A stretch of 64,000 nt of DNA from Camelus dromedarius (taxonomy: Eukaryota): the NCBI RefSeq assembly GCF_036321535.1, contig NC_087436.1, positions 84,260,001 to 84,324,000 of the forward strand, written 5' to 3'. Below are positions 13,627 to 25,715 of this stretch, piece after piece. Positions within the stretch are counted from its first letter, which is position 1; each line of letters starts with the position of its first letter. The position numbers and the translations under genes were made by a program. Under the pieces are notes generated by a model. That model ran no database searches. It saw nothing but the letters and a program-made list of their open reading frames with translations, and was not told the DNA's origin.

Positions 13627-14220
13627 AAGCACAAGAATAAAAGCGCCGCCCCCATTTTCCCAATTTTGTGAAGTAACTTCTGTCCTGTGGGTCATTTCTT
13701 GGAAGAAGGTGTGGGGTGTGCAGGCCTCCCTGGCGAGGGCGGCAAAGTGCTAAACTGTTTTAGAGGCAGCACGGTGCGTATGGGCGGGGAGTCCCCGCCG
13801 CGGATCGCGGGAGCCCAGCCACGCCATCTGTCAGGACTGTCCCCAGGGCAGCTCCCTCTCCCCCAGGGAAGCCTTGAAGGCGGTTTTTCAAAATCATCGC
13901 CGCGCTTCCTCCGCTCCTTCCTTGGAGCCTCACGGCCGAGAGGGCTCGCGCCGTCATCTTCCTCCTGGCACCCCAGACCAGGGGCCCTCGGGGAAAGTTG
14001 CAGTAAAAATTCGGAGCAGGACGGAGGCCCGAGGACGCGCAGCTCAGCGGTGGGACCCCTAGGTGCGCCCCCGGAAGGCGCCTGGGCGGGCTCCCGCCCC
14101 AGCCTGCAGCCGCGGACCCGCGCGCGGTGCGACCGCGAGCAGGGACAGCCCCGCGGGCTGAGGGAGCCTGGCCGCGCCCGGGATCGCAGTCCCTCCAGCG
14201 TCCCGCCCGCCCGCCCTCCT

Positions 14221-14253
14221 CACTCACCACCGCCGCTTCTTCTCCCGCAGCAG
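14221..14253 (+). other. HOPX: Splice acceptor (tandem CAGCAG) for upstream HOPX 5' exons
   Basis: Branch-like ctcac, pyrimidine tract gcttcttctccc, then CAGCAG at 14248-14253, 10-13 nt before the ATG. Confidence 0.7.
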
Positions 14254-14263
14254 TGCCGGGACC

Positions 14264-14407
14264 ATGTCGGCGGAGACCGCGAGCGGCCCCACTGAGGACC
14301 AGGTGGAGATCCTGGAGTACAACTTCAACAAGGTCAACAAGCACCCGGACCCCACCACGCTGTGCCTGATCGCGGCCGAGGCCGGCCTTTCGGAGGAGGA
14401 GACCCAG
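14264..14407 (+). CDS. HOPX: HOPX (homeodomain-only protein) coding exon 1, aa 1-48
   Basis: Translates to MSAETASGPTEDQVEILEYNFNKVNKHPDPTTLCLIAAEAGLSEEETQ, the recognisable HOPX N-terminus. Kozak context gggaccATGt; phase-0 donor CAG|GTGAGC after 14407. Confidence 0.98.
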
Positions 14408-17400
14408 GTGAGCCCCTGCACGCGCCCTGCCCGCCCCGACCCCTGCCTGCCCGCACCGCCGCGCCCGCCCTCGCCTGGGCCATCTCGAGAAACTGCTCTT
14501 GCCTCCGTCTCCTGCTTGGCCTCCCTCCCCGTGATCTTTCATTGATTCTGCCCGCACCCTCGGAGCCCGGACCTGCATCGCTCCCACCGCAGCATCCCAG
14601 CTTCCCGGCTCCACGGGCGCAGGATCTGCCCCTCTACCCCAGCCCGGTGGCTCCCGCAGGAGCTGCTTAGAAATCTCACGCCCACCCCGGCTTCACCTTG
14701 CTTTTCCACTCTCCCCTACAGCCCAGGATACACGCTTTCTCCTCCCTCCGGCTTGGGAGCAGCGTGCCTTGGCCCACTTGTCTCGCTTTTCCGGGGTTCT
14801 GTTTCTCCTCTGGGCTGTGAGCGAAACCTCTGGGAGAGGTGCCGTGTGCGCCCTCTGAGCCCAGTGCCCTCAAATCTATTATCGGCGGGAATGTCAGAAC
14901 TGGAAGGAATCTCAGCGATCAGCTGTAAATTCAGTCCTCAGGTTTGGTAAACGAGGAAAAGGAGGTTCAGAGAGAGGGACTTGCCAACGGGTCGTTGGGC
15001 ATGCTCTTTCCACTACATCACGCTGCAGCTTCCGCTGAGCTGCGGAGCTAAAATTGCACGGAGCCAGGGAGATTTGGTCCCGATTTTTTTAAATTCCACA
15101 GCCCTAAGCTTTACGGTCTTTTTCTGGAGTTTTCTGAGAAGGCAGACATCCGATTTTACAGCTGGAGGGCATGGAAGCAGATGTCACCTAAGTGCATTGA
15201 TTGATTGATTTTTTAACTCCTATCCTGAAAATTGTTTAGGGTAGTGAATGCAACACTGCCCGTGATTTTTAACCACCAGGTGCAGTGTTGGCTCCTTCCA
15301 CTGATTTTTTTTTTTTTAATCCTGCCTAAATTCTGACTTCTGTCTTCCCTTTGGTCATGGAAAGGCAATTCGTTATGCATGATACTACTACTTGGAACTC
15401 CTCTAGCATCTCTCCCATGGGAGCCCAAAGCACTTCACACCTCTAGTCTCAAGTCTAAACAGAGACTTTTTAAATCACTTTTTATAGACCAGAGAAAGCA
15501 TCAGACATTTTGTCCTCTCCTCACCACGAATCATAGTTGAGGCTTAAAAGCTTGTAATGGGTGCTCCTATAGATCCCGAAACCAAGACCCCAAGATCCAT
15601 TTTAGATCTCAAGTCCCAAATGATTTCTACTAATCAAGCCTTTGGAGAACTTGCCCATAGAAAACCCTCCCACTCCTAGGTCAAACAGAAAGTCAAATGT
15701 ATTTGTTTTTAGCAAAGGGAACAGCTGTCTGGCTCACCAGAACCAGAACTTAATGGAAGGTGATTTACTGTAATACAAGTCTAACAGCTCGTGTTTCTTA
15801 GAACCCTCTCTCCCCTGCAGGAGGCAGCCTGCTGACCTTTTGTCATTTAAAATCCCATGCTATATTTAGAAAAGAGGAGTGATCACAGAGACAATAATTC
15901 ATCTTTTTAAAAAGAAGACTATGGGTTTACTGTGGGTCAGTATCAGCCTCGGATTCTCCCTTGGCAAGATTCTGTCATTTCTTTACCTGTAAAGCAGAAT
16001 AATTATGGATGATACTTGCCACCTATTAAATGACCTGTTGTTCCAGGTACTCTCCAAGTGGTCAACCATTTATTCATACCAAAAGGTTAAGTAACTTGCC
16101 CACAACCACAACTGGGAAGTAGCAGAGATGGGATCTGAACCCTGGCAGTTTGGCTCCACAATCCAGACTCTTAACCACCAGGCTGTTTTGTCTCCACAAA
16201 AAAAAAAGAATGGAAACAACTAGGTAGGGATGGGAAGGAAGGACTGAAAATTCAATGTATTTTCTATTTCTTCCTGGAAAAAAAAAAACCCATTCAGTAA
16301 ATGACAGTCATCCCAGACTATATGCGATCTTTCCTCAAGATTCACCTTATATGATAGAACTGAACTGAAATCAGGTCAGGGACAGGAAGAAAGGGCACCT
16401 TTCTGTAACTGAGGTCAGCCCAACTCAGACCCCTACACAGCAGAGTCATCTGCCCCCCTCAGGCCACCCTTCAGCCATCTCCCCTTTTCTCCCATCCACA
16501 AATGAGCAAACAGTGGACCCAGCCCCGAAGTGAGTGTACTGGGGGATGAGTCAGCCTCACAGCAGGGCCCCTGGCTTCCTTTTCCTGCCATGAAGCCAAC
16601 ACCTTCTTCCTCCCTGAGACTGCCACAGCTCGTCTCTCCCCTCTGTCTTCCAGGCCTTGACCACAGGGAAGCATCTGAGACCCCAGAGCTCAGAAAGAGG
16701 CAACATTTGGCAAGTTTGGGGAAAGAGGCTTCTTTGGCAACCCTCTGTCATCTCCTACTGGGTGGGATCTCATCTTCCAACTTCCCATCTTCCCAGCCTT
16801 CCTTAACCCCTCCCTGTGTGCACTGGTGGGTGAGAATGGGTCTCTGTAGGGACCCTTTAAATAACTCACGGAGGCCAGGGGCTGCCGGGTCTCCATATAA
16901 GCAGTGTCTGGTATCAGCACTTCCCCTGTTTCTTTTCTTTGTTAGTGTTACCCCTTTCCATGAGAAAAGGTCATCAAAGCTAAAATAATATTTATTTCAT
17001 ACACCTGATCCCTTATCCCTACCACCACCCACTTGCAGAATTGGATTCATACTCATTTCCCTAGAACAAGTAACACTAGGAGAATAAAAAGAAGCATGCA
17101 ATGCTCCTGTAAGATAGTTCACTAGAGCTGGTTCACATTGCTGATACTTTGGCAGGGGCAAGAGGAACCAAAAGTTCGAAACATTCTCTGACCGGAGGCT
17201 TTGACCTCTTTATACTGTTCCACAGTAGGACAGTGTTCTCTGCTTGGGGACAGGGGACACCTATGGGAACCCAGGGTGAGGTGAAGGGTGTTCTGATGGA
17301 AATAACTTTTTAAGGGGCATTTGCTAGGGCCCTAGAATGGTTTTTTTCTGATGACAGTAATTAGATATCTCCTATATTTAAATTAGATAAACTTTACAGA

Positions 17401-19934
17401 ATCCCAACCCCTATGTCTTTCATTTTGAAGTCAGTGTGAAAAGGGGCTGGGAATGCTCTCATCATCCCCTAGGGAGGTTGGGATGATCTGCCATTTTCTA
17501 TTATCACCAATTCAGTCCCAGTGTAGCTGGCATTGGTTCTTAAGAGAGGTTTCCAGGATTTTTATCTCCTCTGATGTCCTGGGTTTTACTTGTTGTTCTA
17601 TCAGTGGAATAAAAAACTCTAAAGGTTTCCTCTGAAAGGAATGAAATGTTAGTTACTAGAGAAAAGGACAGGAATAATGTTATTTTGCCTCAACCCCTCC
17701 CCATCATAGTGTCTAATTATCATCTGTTCCCTCGGAGGAAATAAATCTCCATCCATGGGCATGACTAATGAGGGCATCCATTTATAAGCAAGAGAGGGGT
17801 GAATGTCTTTCCCAGGGGATGACTGAAACAAAGAAGAGGAGGAAAGCCAGAAGGAAAATTAATATTGATGTAAGTGAGATGTGGTAATTTTCAACCCTAG
17901 AGGGGAAAAAAAACAAGCAAGGTGTTTAATGGGTTTTGTTGGAGAGCAACTGTTTTGCTAAATTATCATATACACACTTGATTTCAAATATTTTATCTTC
18001 AGAAAATAGTTGAGCTTTTCTTCCCGTCCCTTAATGCTAGGGTTCAACTTGTGAAGCACTTGGATGCCAACTCACCGGTTCACAAATGTGGTCATTGCTG
18101 AAGTTATTTTCAGCTGTGCATTAATATTCTGCTTCATTACTAGTGTAAAGATGTGGGTGGCTCTTCTGAATGAAGCCAGCTCAATCATTTTGTCTTCAGT
18201 GAATCCTGATAGAAAACGAGCCTTTCCTCCTCCAAGTTTTAATTAGTCAGTCTTTAAAACTCTGCCATTTATTCAGCTCTAGTAACTGGAAATTCTGTTT
18301 AATCAGACCTTCTAGGTTCAAAACCCCTGCAGAGCTACCTCATTAATGAAACTGGAACCGTGCTACCCTCACGTCAGATTCCAGAGTTAACTAAACACAT
18401 GCATGATCACAGAAGCAAACAGGCCCACGTTAAGCAGCAGAACTTTGGTTAAAGCCACCGAAGTTACGTGTGTTCTGTCTCCTCCTTAAGGTCAGAGATA
18501 CCAGGGAGTGAAATATGGCACCTGGAGAACGACCTCCAAAGAGAAGGCTTCCCTAAGGGTAGTCTGCTGGCCCTGGCTTTAGATTACTTTCTCTGCTGCC
18601 ACCCTGCCCTACAGAGTGTATAAGACAATGGATCTTGATGGCTGTGTAAGGCACCTGAGTGTGTAAACTCTCAGTTAGGGTGAGTTACAGGCGTGGCCCC
18701 TTGCTGTTCAGCCAGCTGAGCCCCAGTGCAGAGCCCCAGACGATCCCGTGGCCTCGCTCCCTTCTCGCTCTACAGGTGTTGAATCTAAGAAGCACTCTTT
18801 CCCCTGTGGTTCTCACCCTTTCTTCTGATCTTGGGCTTAGGCTGAACTAAATGCCTTTTGACTCCTTAGATCTCTGCAGGGACAAGGTCTTCCCCAGCAT
18901 GGCCCTAGAGCCCACCATTTGTTCTGAGGCTGAAACCACATCTGGCTGTGCTAAGTCAGAGCCCACCACACCAACTCCGTCAGCATGCCCCAGGTCTGGC
19001 TGGCATCCATCCCACAGCTATGTTCTTTCTGCTACTTTTCTGTCCCCTCATCTACTGATCCCTAGAATAGGTAAATTTGAGCAACCCAGCAAAGGACAGT
19101 GGAGACCCTGTAAGCTTACCTCTTCATTTCCAGTTGAGCTGACTGGCGCTCTATTTTTAGGGACTTCCTCAAGTTCTCAGAGCCAGTTGTTTATAATAGA
19201 GCTTCTTGTTGGCAGAGCCCAGGACTGCAGGGCCCCTGGCAGTCACCTCCCCAAGCAGTGTGACATGAAAATATCATCATTCTCAAAGTGTGCCCTGATG
19301 TGTGAAAGGTTAGGAAGCACAGGAGAATAAAGCCTGGAGGTCTTGCCTTCCCACAGAGCCCTCCAACTCATCCTCTCCATGTGGATCAATGCTTGCTGCT
19401 TCTATTTCTTCACTACTTTCTCTTGTGTTGTTTTTTTTTTTTTTAAACTTCAGTTTCCTCCTGGCCAACCTGGATCATACCCCAGACTGCTCCCCAACAG
19501 GGGTCTCCTTATCTCTCCTTTGCAGATTTCCCCACCCCTTGGTGGTATAATAAAGGCGGATTTATGTTTCAGCCCTCACATGGTACTATGTCTAGAAGTA
19601 TCCCTTCTGGGACGTTCCCTAAATCCGTGGTTACTTATGCGAGGTATGAATATTTGGGACACACAGAGCTAGAAGATTTTGAGTCAACTGGGTGTCCATT
19701 CTATCTTTTCTCACTGCTCAGTGGTCCTGGAGCAGGAAAGATTGGGCTAGCCTATTCCATGAACCCCCAAAAAGGAGTGCCTCAAGGTTGTCCCATGCTC
19801 AGTTTTCCATTCATTTTCTTCAGGGAATTTTTACTAAGCACTGCTGATGAGCAAGGCCCTTGATGAGATCAGCACACATTGATGAGATACAGCAGCCATA
19901 CAGATTTATCTGGGGGCATCAAGGAGATGTTTCC

Positions 19935-20310
19935 ATTTATTTTATTCACTCAACAAACATTGACTAATTTCTGTTAAACCCTTGTGCTAGGGGCTAAGGA
20001 TGCAATGATGATAAGATGGATACAAGTCTCTGCTCTCATGGATCTTTATTTCTAGAAGGAAATGTAGATTAAAAACAAGTGAATGTACAAATGAATTAAT
20101 TACAGATATTAAAAGTTCTGTGATAGTAACAAAATACTAAAATAGAAAACAAGAAGATCGGTAGAGATTCTACTTTATATAAAGTGGTTAGGGAAGGCTT
20201 CATTGAGAAGGTTCTATTTAAGCCAAGCCCTGAGGATGAGATCATCAGATAAATAATGAAGTCTGAGCATGGGAAATAGTATGTGCAAAGGTCCTGAGGC
20301 AGGAAAGGTA
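19935..20310 (-). mobile_element. L2 LINE 3' fragment in the HOPX intron
   Basis: tattcactcaacaaacattgact ... ggttagggaaggcttc ... atgtgcaaaggtcctgaggcagga, typical L2 motifs. Confidence 0.75.
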
Positions 20311-20458
20311 AGTATCACAGTGAGAAGAACCATCCCCATGGACACAGTTCTTGCTTTCCTCCTTTCCAGCTGGGCCGCAGAGGCGACTTTTAGAAAGGGA
20401 ACGGACATTTCAGTTTTTCAGTATGTGACAGGTAATTTTGCACATTTCTCCCCTCCAG

Positions 20459-20536
20459 AAATGGTTCAAGCAGCGCCTGGCCCAGTGGCGGCAGTCAGAA
20501 GGCCTACCCTCAGAGTGCAGATCCGTCACGGACTAG
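20459..20536 (+). CDS. HOPX: HOPX coding exon 2, aa 49-73 plus stop
   Basis: Acceptor catttctcccctccAG| followed by KWFKQRLAQWRQSEGLPSECRSVTD*. Joins exon 1 in frame to give the 73-aa atypical homeodomain (WFKQRL instead of WFQNRR). This frame is absent from the ORF track. Confidence 0.98.
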   Translation, partial: KWFKQRLAQWRQSEGLPSECRSVTD

Positions 20537-21260
20537 GGAGGTGGTGGGCATTGGCGGCTTCCCTCCATGAAGACCATCTGCTGTTTCTCTTGTCAGCTTA
20601 ACCAAGCTATTTTGGTTTCTCAGTGTAATGTCATATGTTCCACTGTTAGCTGTCCTGCTACTTAACACAACGTTGTATTTTTTTAATGTACATAACTAGA
20701 AAAGAAAATAACAATAGGAAGCTATGTGCAGCTTCTGTGGAAAGCAGTAGCTTGGCTGGAAAGTGGTGTGGCTTGCATTTTCCTTCGGGTCACGATGACA
20801 GATGGTGTGAAAACCATCTAAGTTTTCTTATGACCATCACCTCCCAGTAACAGTTTACTTTCACCATCGACTTCAGAGCAGGCAAAGCCTCTGTTAAAAA
20901 GATAACATGACCAAGAAGAAGACATTTCCTTCCAATTCTACTTCCCTAAGTCACTTTCCTTGTGTTTCATTTAATACATGGAGATTGAGTGAGAATATAG
21001 GGGGATATTTGAGTCATTCAGATTTCATAAAGCAGTTCCTTGGATTATAGCTGCATTCACTTGGAAAGCACCCAGTGAGGCTGGAAGACAGAAACTCCAA
21101 CTGGCAGAAAAATCAAGTAACGAAGGGAAAAAAATCCACAAAAGTCTTGAATTTACCTTATTTAAATGCATTTGTTAAATGTATTTTGCTTAACAAAATG
21201 AACTGCTTTTTGTTTCTAAAATGATATTCTAAATAAAACCTTCACGTTTTGTTGAAAATG
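20537..21260 (+). other. HOPX: HOPX 3' UTR (end approximate)
   Basis: Non-repetitive sequence between the TAG and the first canonical AATAAA that I found downstream. Confidence 0.75.
21232..21237 (+). terminator. HOPX: HOPX polyadenylation signal AATAAA
   Basis: AATAAA about 700 nt after the stop, with TGTA and U-rich sequence upstream. Confidence 0.8.
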
Positions 21261-21364
21261 CATTGAGTGAGTCCTCTACAGACTTTTTTTAACTGAATAA
21301 TCAGCATATCAAAGAAAAACAGAATAGCTCAACAGAGGAGCAGCCTGACAAAAGAGCTGTCATT

Positions 21365-21545
21365 TTCTAAATCTTTGCTCCTTACAGTGTGGTCCAGGGC
21401 TGGCATCATCAGCATTAGCTGCAAGCTTGTGAGAAGTGCAGAATCCCAGACTCCAAACCAGACCTACTGAATCAGAATCTGCATTTTTAACAAGCTTTCC
21501 AAGTGGTGGAAATGCACATGAAAGCCTGAGCAGCACTGTTCTAAA
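21365..21545. mobile_element. MER5A-like hAT-Charlie MITE
   Basis: cagacctactgaatcagaatctgcatttttaacaag motif. Confidence 0.8.
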
Positions 21546-21604
21546 GGACTCTACAGTTGATTTGTACACATTTTCTATCACAGCACATTAAATGTCCTAG
21601 CAGC

Positions 21605-22095
21605 CTATCAGTTAAGATTGTTTGACTGCGTGGAACAGTAAGTTGAGTACAACAGGTTAACCAAATAGGCTTTTTGTCTGTTTGTTTAACTGATTAATTG
21701 ATTGATTTTACATAAGGCATCAGCAGGCAGGTTGCTCCCTAGGGTTGCCAAGGACCTGCGGTCATTTTATCTTCCTACTTTCCTATTTTTAGCATGTGGC
21801 TCTTATGTTCATGGAGACAAGATGGATGCATTTCACGTGAAAAAGGAAAAAGCAAAGGGCAAATGCCAGCTAAGACTCTCCCCTTTAAAACAGGCTTCCT
21901 GGAGGTCCCCACCTAACAACTTCCATCTACATCTCATTGGCCAGAATTGGGTCACATGGCCACTCTTAAGTGCAAGGCAGTCTGGGAAGGTGAGCCTTTT
22001 TAATTGGGCATAGTACTGCCTTGAGCAAAACTCAGGTTCTGTTGGTAAGAAAGAAGGGGAGGATGGATATTGGAAAGGCCACAGGTAGTGTCTGC
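21605..22095. mobile_element. MLT1-type (MaLR) solo LTR
   Basis: ctcattggccagaattgggtcacatggcc ... gcaaggcagtctgggaa motif. Confidence 0.65.
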
Positions 22096-23371
22096 CAACC
22101 CAGCCCAGGATGATGCAGGCGTACACTTCTGAACTCTTACCTACAATGCAGGCCCAGTCTTTTCAGTTCTTTAAAATAAAGAGCCCAGAATAAGAAACAT
22201 TAACAGTTATTCACAAAACAAATGTTTACAAGATCACATTAAACATCCTTGGCAAGCTTCCTCTTCCTCTACCTTAAAACATTCCTTCTCTAAACAATAC
22301 ACAGTGAACCAGGGGCTGAACAGAACAGCCTCATCTGTCATGCTCTTCTGCAGCCTAATTAGCAGTGGTCTGAGCATCTGTCAGCACAGGGCTGGATGCT
22401 GACATCACTTTCTGGAAAGAAAGGAGGGAGAAGGTGTGGATGAGGCAGGAATGTGTGTACATCATAAATACCTGCATGGAGAGAGCATTCTTTACCTTTC
22501 AAAGCGTGTCCATAGAAACAGGCTAACAGGGAAAAAATGTGCTGCTAAGATGACTGTGGGCAAAGCAGATCCAGACAGAGCATGGAGATTTGCCCATGCC
22601 CGGCAATGAGAGAGATGCTAAACCAGGTCTAAGCCCCAGGTCAGAGGTCTTTCCAACACACCAGAGATATGATTCAAGAACAAGCTATGCAGGACAAGAA
22701 GAGTTAACCAGCTGGGCAGAGAATGTGCCTTTAGCTTGGAGCTGAGAAGCACATTTATGACACAAGGATCACTTCCTGTGCTTATCAGGCCCAAGAGTCA
22801 AGAGTCCTTGAATGGCAGGTGCTGGGAGGGAATAAGGATTGAGTGTTTTAATTGAATGAGGATTAACTCTTTTAATTAACTAATTATATGTATTTAACTA
22901 GACCCGAGTTTTGTATTTGTTCATTTCCTACAATTGAAGTCCTCGGCCTGAGAGTCTTTGCCATAGCCCTTAGCCTCCACACAACTGCAACCGACCACTT
23001 TGCTGGGTTTTCCTCTCTGTCAGTTTTACGGAGGCAGGCCCATTCCCCTACTTTCTTGTTGTCATCAGCGTTAATGAGGTTGAAACGGTGTTCAGCAGGT
23101 GGAGCGAAATCCTGAATGTACCTGAGCCTCCGCCTCTGCACTGCGGGGCAGGGAAATAGTCAGTGCCCTTTTAAATGTGAATTTGTTATCAAATTAACCT
23201 TGAGTTTACTTTTTCAACTGTAATACAAGGACAGCAACACTCTACCAAAAAAAAAAAAGCACTTTGTAAATAGTGATGATAATTACTATTGCTAATACTG
23301 TCAAATGCCTTAACTCTAGATCAGTATCTTTTTAGAGCCCCTCTAACTCTAGGTCAGCTCTCTCTAGGGCT

Positions 23372-23595
23372 TGCAGTGCAGTCCAGCTTGGTAGCCACTA
23401 GCCGCCTGTGGCTGGTGAACACTTGAAATGTGGCTAGTCCAAACTGAGATGTGTTGTAAATGCAAAATACAGATATCAGAGCCTTATGAAAAAAGAAAAT
23501 CTAAGATACTGCATTAATAATTTTTCTATTGATTGCATGTTGAAATCATAGTATTTTGGCTATATGGGGTAAATAAAACATATTACTGAAATTAA
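23372..23595. mobile_element. MER33-like hAT-Charlie fragment, cut off by a poly(A) run
   Basis: ggtagccactagcc ... cacttgaaatgtggctagtcc ... gattgcatgttgaaat ... aaataaaa. Confidence 0.8.
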
Positions 23596-24313
23596 AAAAA
23601 AAATTACTATTGCCACAAAGTACTAATGAAGATGGGGCAAGGTTATTTTGACAGCAGAGAGAAATTTTAACGAGAACCCAGAGCTCTAAGTTATATTGTC
23701 AGGAGTCTCTTCTGGACCCCCAGGGTCACAGAGCAAAGTGTAACACCACACCAGACTGAGAACACTCTGCACGGCCCCCTCTGTTTTCACTGTGTCTTAG
23801 TTCTGCTGCGGACACTGTTGGTTGCTCAGCCTGATAATTATTCCCAACCCCTCTCTCTGTTGCCTCTCTCTACTGAGGCTGGAAAACCGAACTACTACTC
23901 CCTTTTCCATCCCCACGTCAGGCTCTGGTGGTCACGTGACACAGTCTGGCCAATGAGTTTAGGTTGAAGCAGGGGTGGGTGGGGGGTGGCTCAGGGGTAG
24001 AAGACTTTGGGGAAGAGTTTTGTTTCTTGCTAAAAGGTACAGAGGCAGCAGGCTCTCTCCTTTTCTCCTTCAGTGGCACCACTTTCATTGGTTAATTGTA
24101 GAAACAGAGGTAAGCAAAAACCAACCAAACAAAACACAATAAAAACAACAAAACCCATAAAAATTAACCATGCTCCCACCATGCTGAGGTAACCCTAATA
24201 TTAACCTTAATATTATTGGGGGAGGCATGTTTTCAGTGCATAAATACACACAGAATAGGCAGAAGAAACCATGTTAGCAGGTAGCTGCAGTTTGAACCAT
24301 TGCTCTGAGAGGA

Positions 24314-25283
24314 TGTGTAAGGCAAAAATTCTTATTTTTCTCTACTACCAGACTCTACTCAGAATATTTCACTTCTGACACCGGATATGCGGCATTTTTC
24401 CCACACACACAGCAATTCTGTGACACCCGTTGGGTGCCCTACAATTCAGCTCAGCTCTGACACTGTCTCCCTGGAGTCAGCATCAGATCCCACAGGTTAA
24501 GGGCTCTGTCCCATCAGATTGCCCCCTTCTGCAGATGCCCATTGCAAGCCCAGGCTGTTACCTACATTTCTGATTGATTGGCTGTAAACCGGAGGTTTCC
24601 ATGACCCTCTTCTCGGGCGGGGCTGATTTGCCAGAGCAGCTCACAGAACTCGGGAAAACAGTTTACTTACCACACTACCAGTTTATTAAAAAGGATGTAA
24701 CACAGGAACAGCCAGATGGAACAGATGCACAGGGCAAGGTATGGGGGAAGGATGTGGAGCTTCCACGCCCTCTCTGAGCGCACCACCCTCCCAGCACCTC
24801 CATGTGTTCACCAACCCAGAAGCTCTCTGAACCCTGTACTAAGGGGTTTTTTATGGAGGCCTCATTATGTAGGCACAGCTGATTAAACCGTTGGCCATTT
24901 ACGATTAAACGCAATCCCCAGCCCCTCTCCCCTTCCTGGTGGTGGGGGGTGGAGAGGTGGGGCTAAAAGTTTCAACTTCCTAATCGCTGGTTCCCCTGGC
25001 AACCAGCCTCCATCCTGTGGTTATCTAGGGGCTTTCCAAAAACCACGGCCTCAACACAAACTCAGGTGTGATTGCTGTGAATAACAAGACACTCCCTTCA
25101 CCTTTATCACTCTGGCGCTATTTCAGGAACTGGAGCTATTTGAGGACAAAAGATCAAATACTATAACAAAAGATGCTCATGTTATTCTTATCACTTAGAA
25201 AATTACAAGGGTTTTAGGAGCTGCAAGCCAGGAGCAAGATGAAGATCAAATATATATTTCTTATTATAAGTCACAATATCACA
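24314..25283. mobile_element. MER21-like ERV solo LTR
   Basis: TG...CA ends. Internal cagatcccacaggttaagggctc and gagcagctcacagaactc, terminal cacaatatcaca motifs. Confidence 0.75.
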
Positions 25284-25602
25284 ATATTCTTAGAAGGGTT
25301 CTTCCTAGGGAGAGAATTTGCTCTTTTGTTTATGAAAACACCTTGATGAATTTTCTTGGCTATGAAATGTAGGCCTAGAAGGAGAAAAAAAAGGAAGAAT
25401 TCAGTGGCTGTGCATAAGAAAGTAGCAGGAATTTAGGACCATGTCTTATGGATGCCCAGGTAGGAGGCTACCTGGGCCCCTCAGGCACTGGGAGGAGAGG
25501 TGGAGGAGAATGATGTGGTGAGGGCGCTGGCTCCAGCAGCTTGTCAGCTGACCTAGAAGGCTGGTGGAGTTGCCTCAGGGAGTTTAAAATATGAAATATT
25601 CA

Positions 25603-25715
25603 GGAAGGAGAGTATAGCTCAGTGGTGGAGCGCCTGCTTAGCAGGCATGAGGTCCTGGGTTCAACTCCCAGTACCTCCATTTAAAAAAATAATAATAATA
25701 ATGATAAAAAAAAAC
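25603..25715 (+). mobile_element. tRNA-Ala-derived SINE (Vic-1-like)
   Basis: A box tagctcagtgg, B box ggttcaactcc, followed by an A/(AAT)n tail. Confidence 0.85.

Larger units (their letters stand above)
13720..14900. promoter_or_regulatory. HOPX: CpG island / proximal HOPX promoter
   Basis: Very GC- and CpG-dense stretch with GC boxes (gggcgggg, cccgcccc) around the ATG exon, in an otherwise CpG-depleted window. Confidence 0.9.

Noticed and set aside
14408..14545. ORF-track extension of HOPX (VSPCTRPARP...)
   Set aside because: Read-through past the strong CAG|GTGAGC donor into the intron; the real C-terminus is at 20459-20536.
13687..14670. Long ORFs over the HOPX CpG island (284 aa on -, 202 aa on +, and others)
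   Set aside because: Low-complexity G/A/R/P-rich translations are expected from stop-codon scarcity in GC-rich DNA. Only the MSAETASG frame is a recognisable protein.
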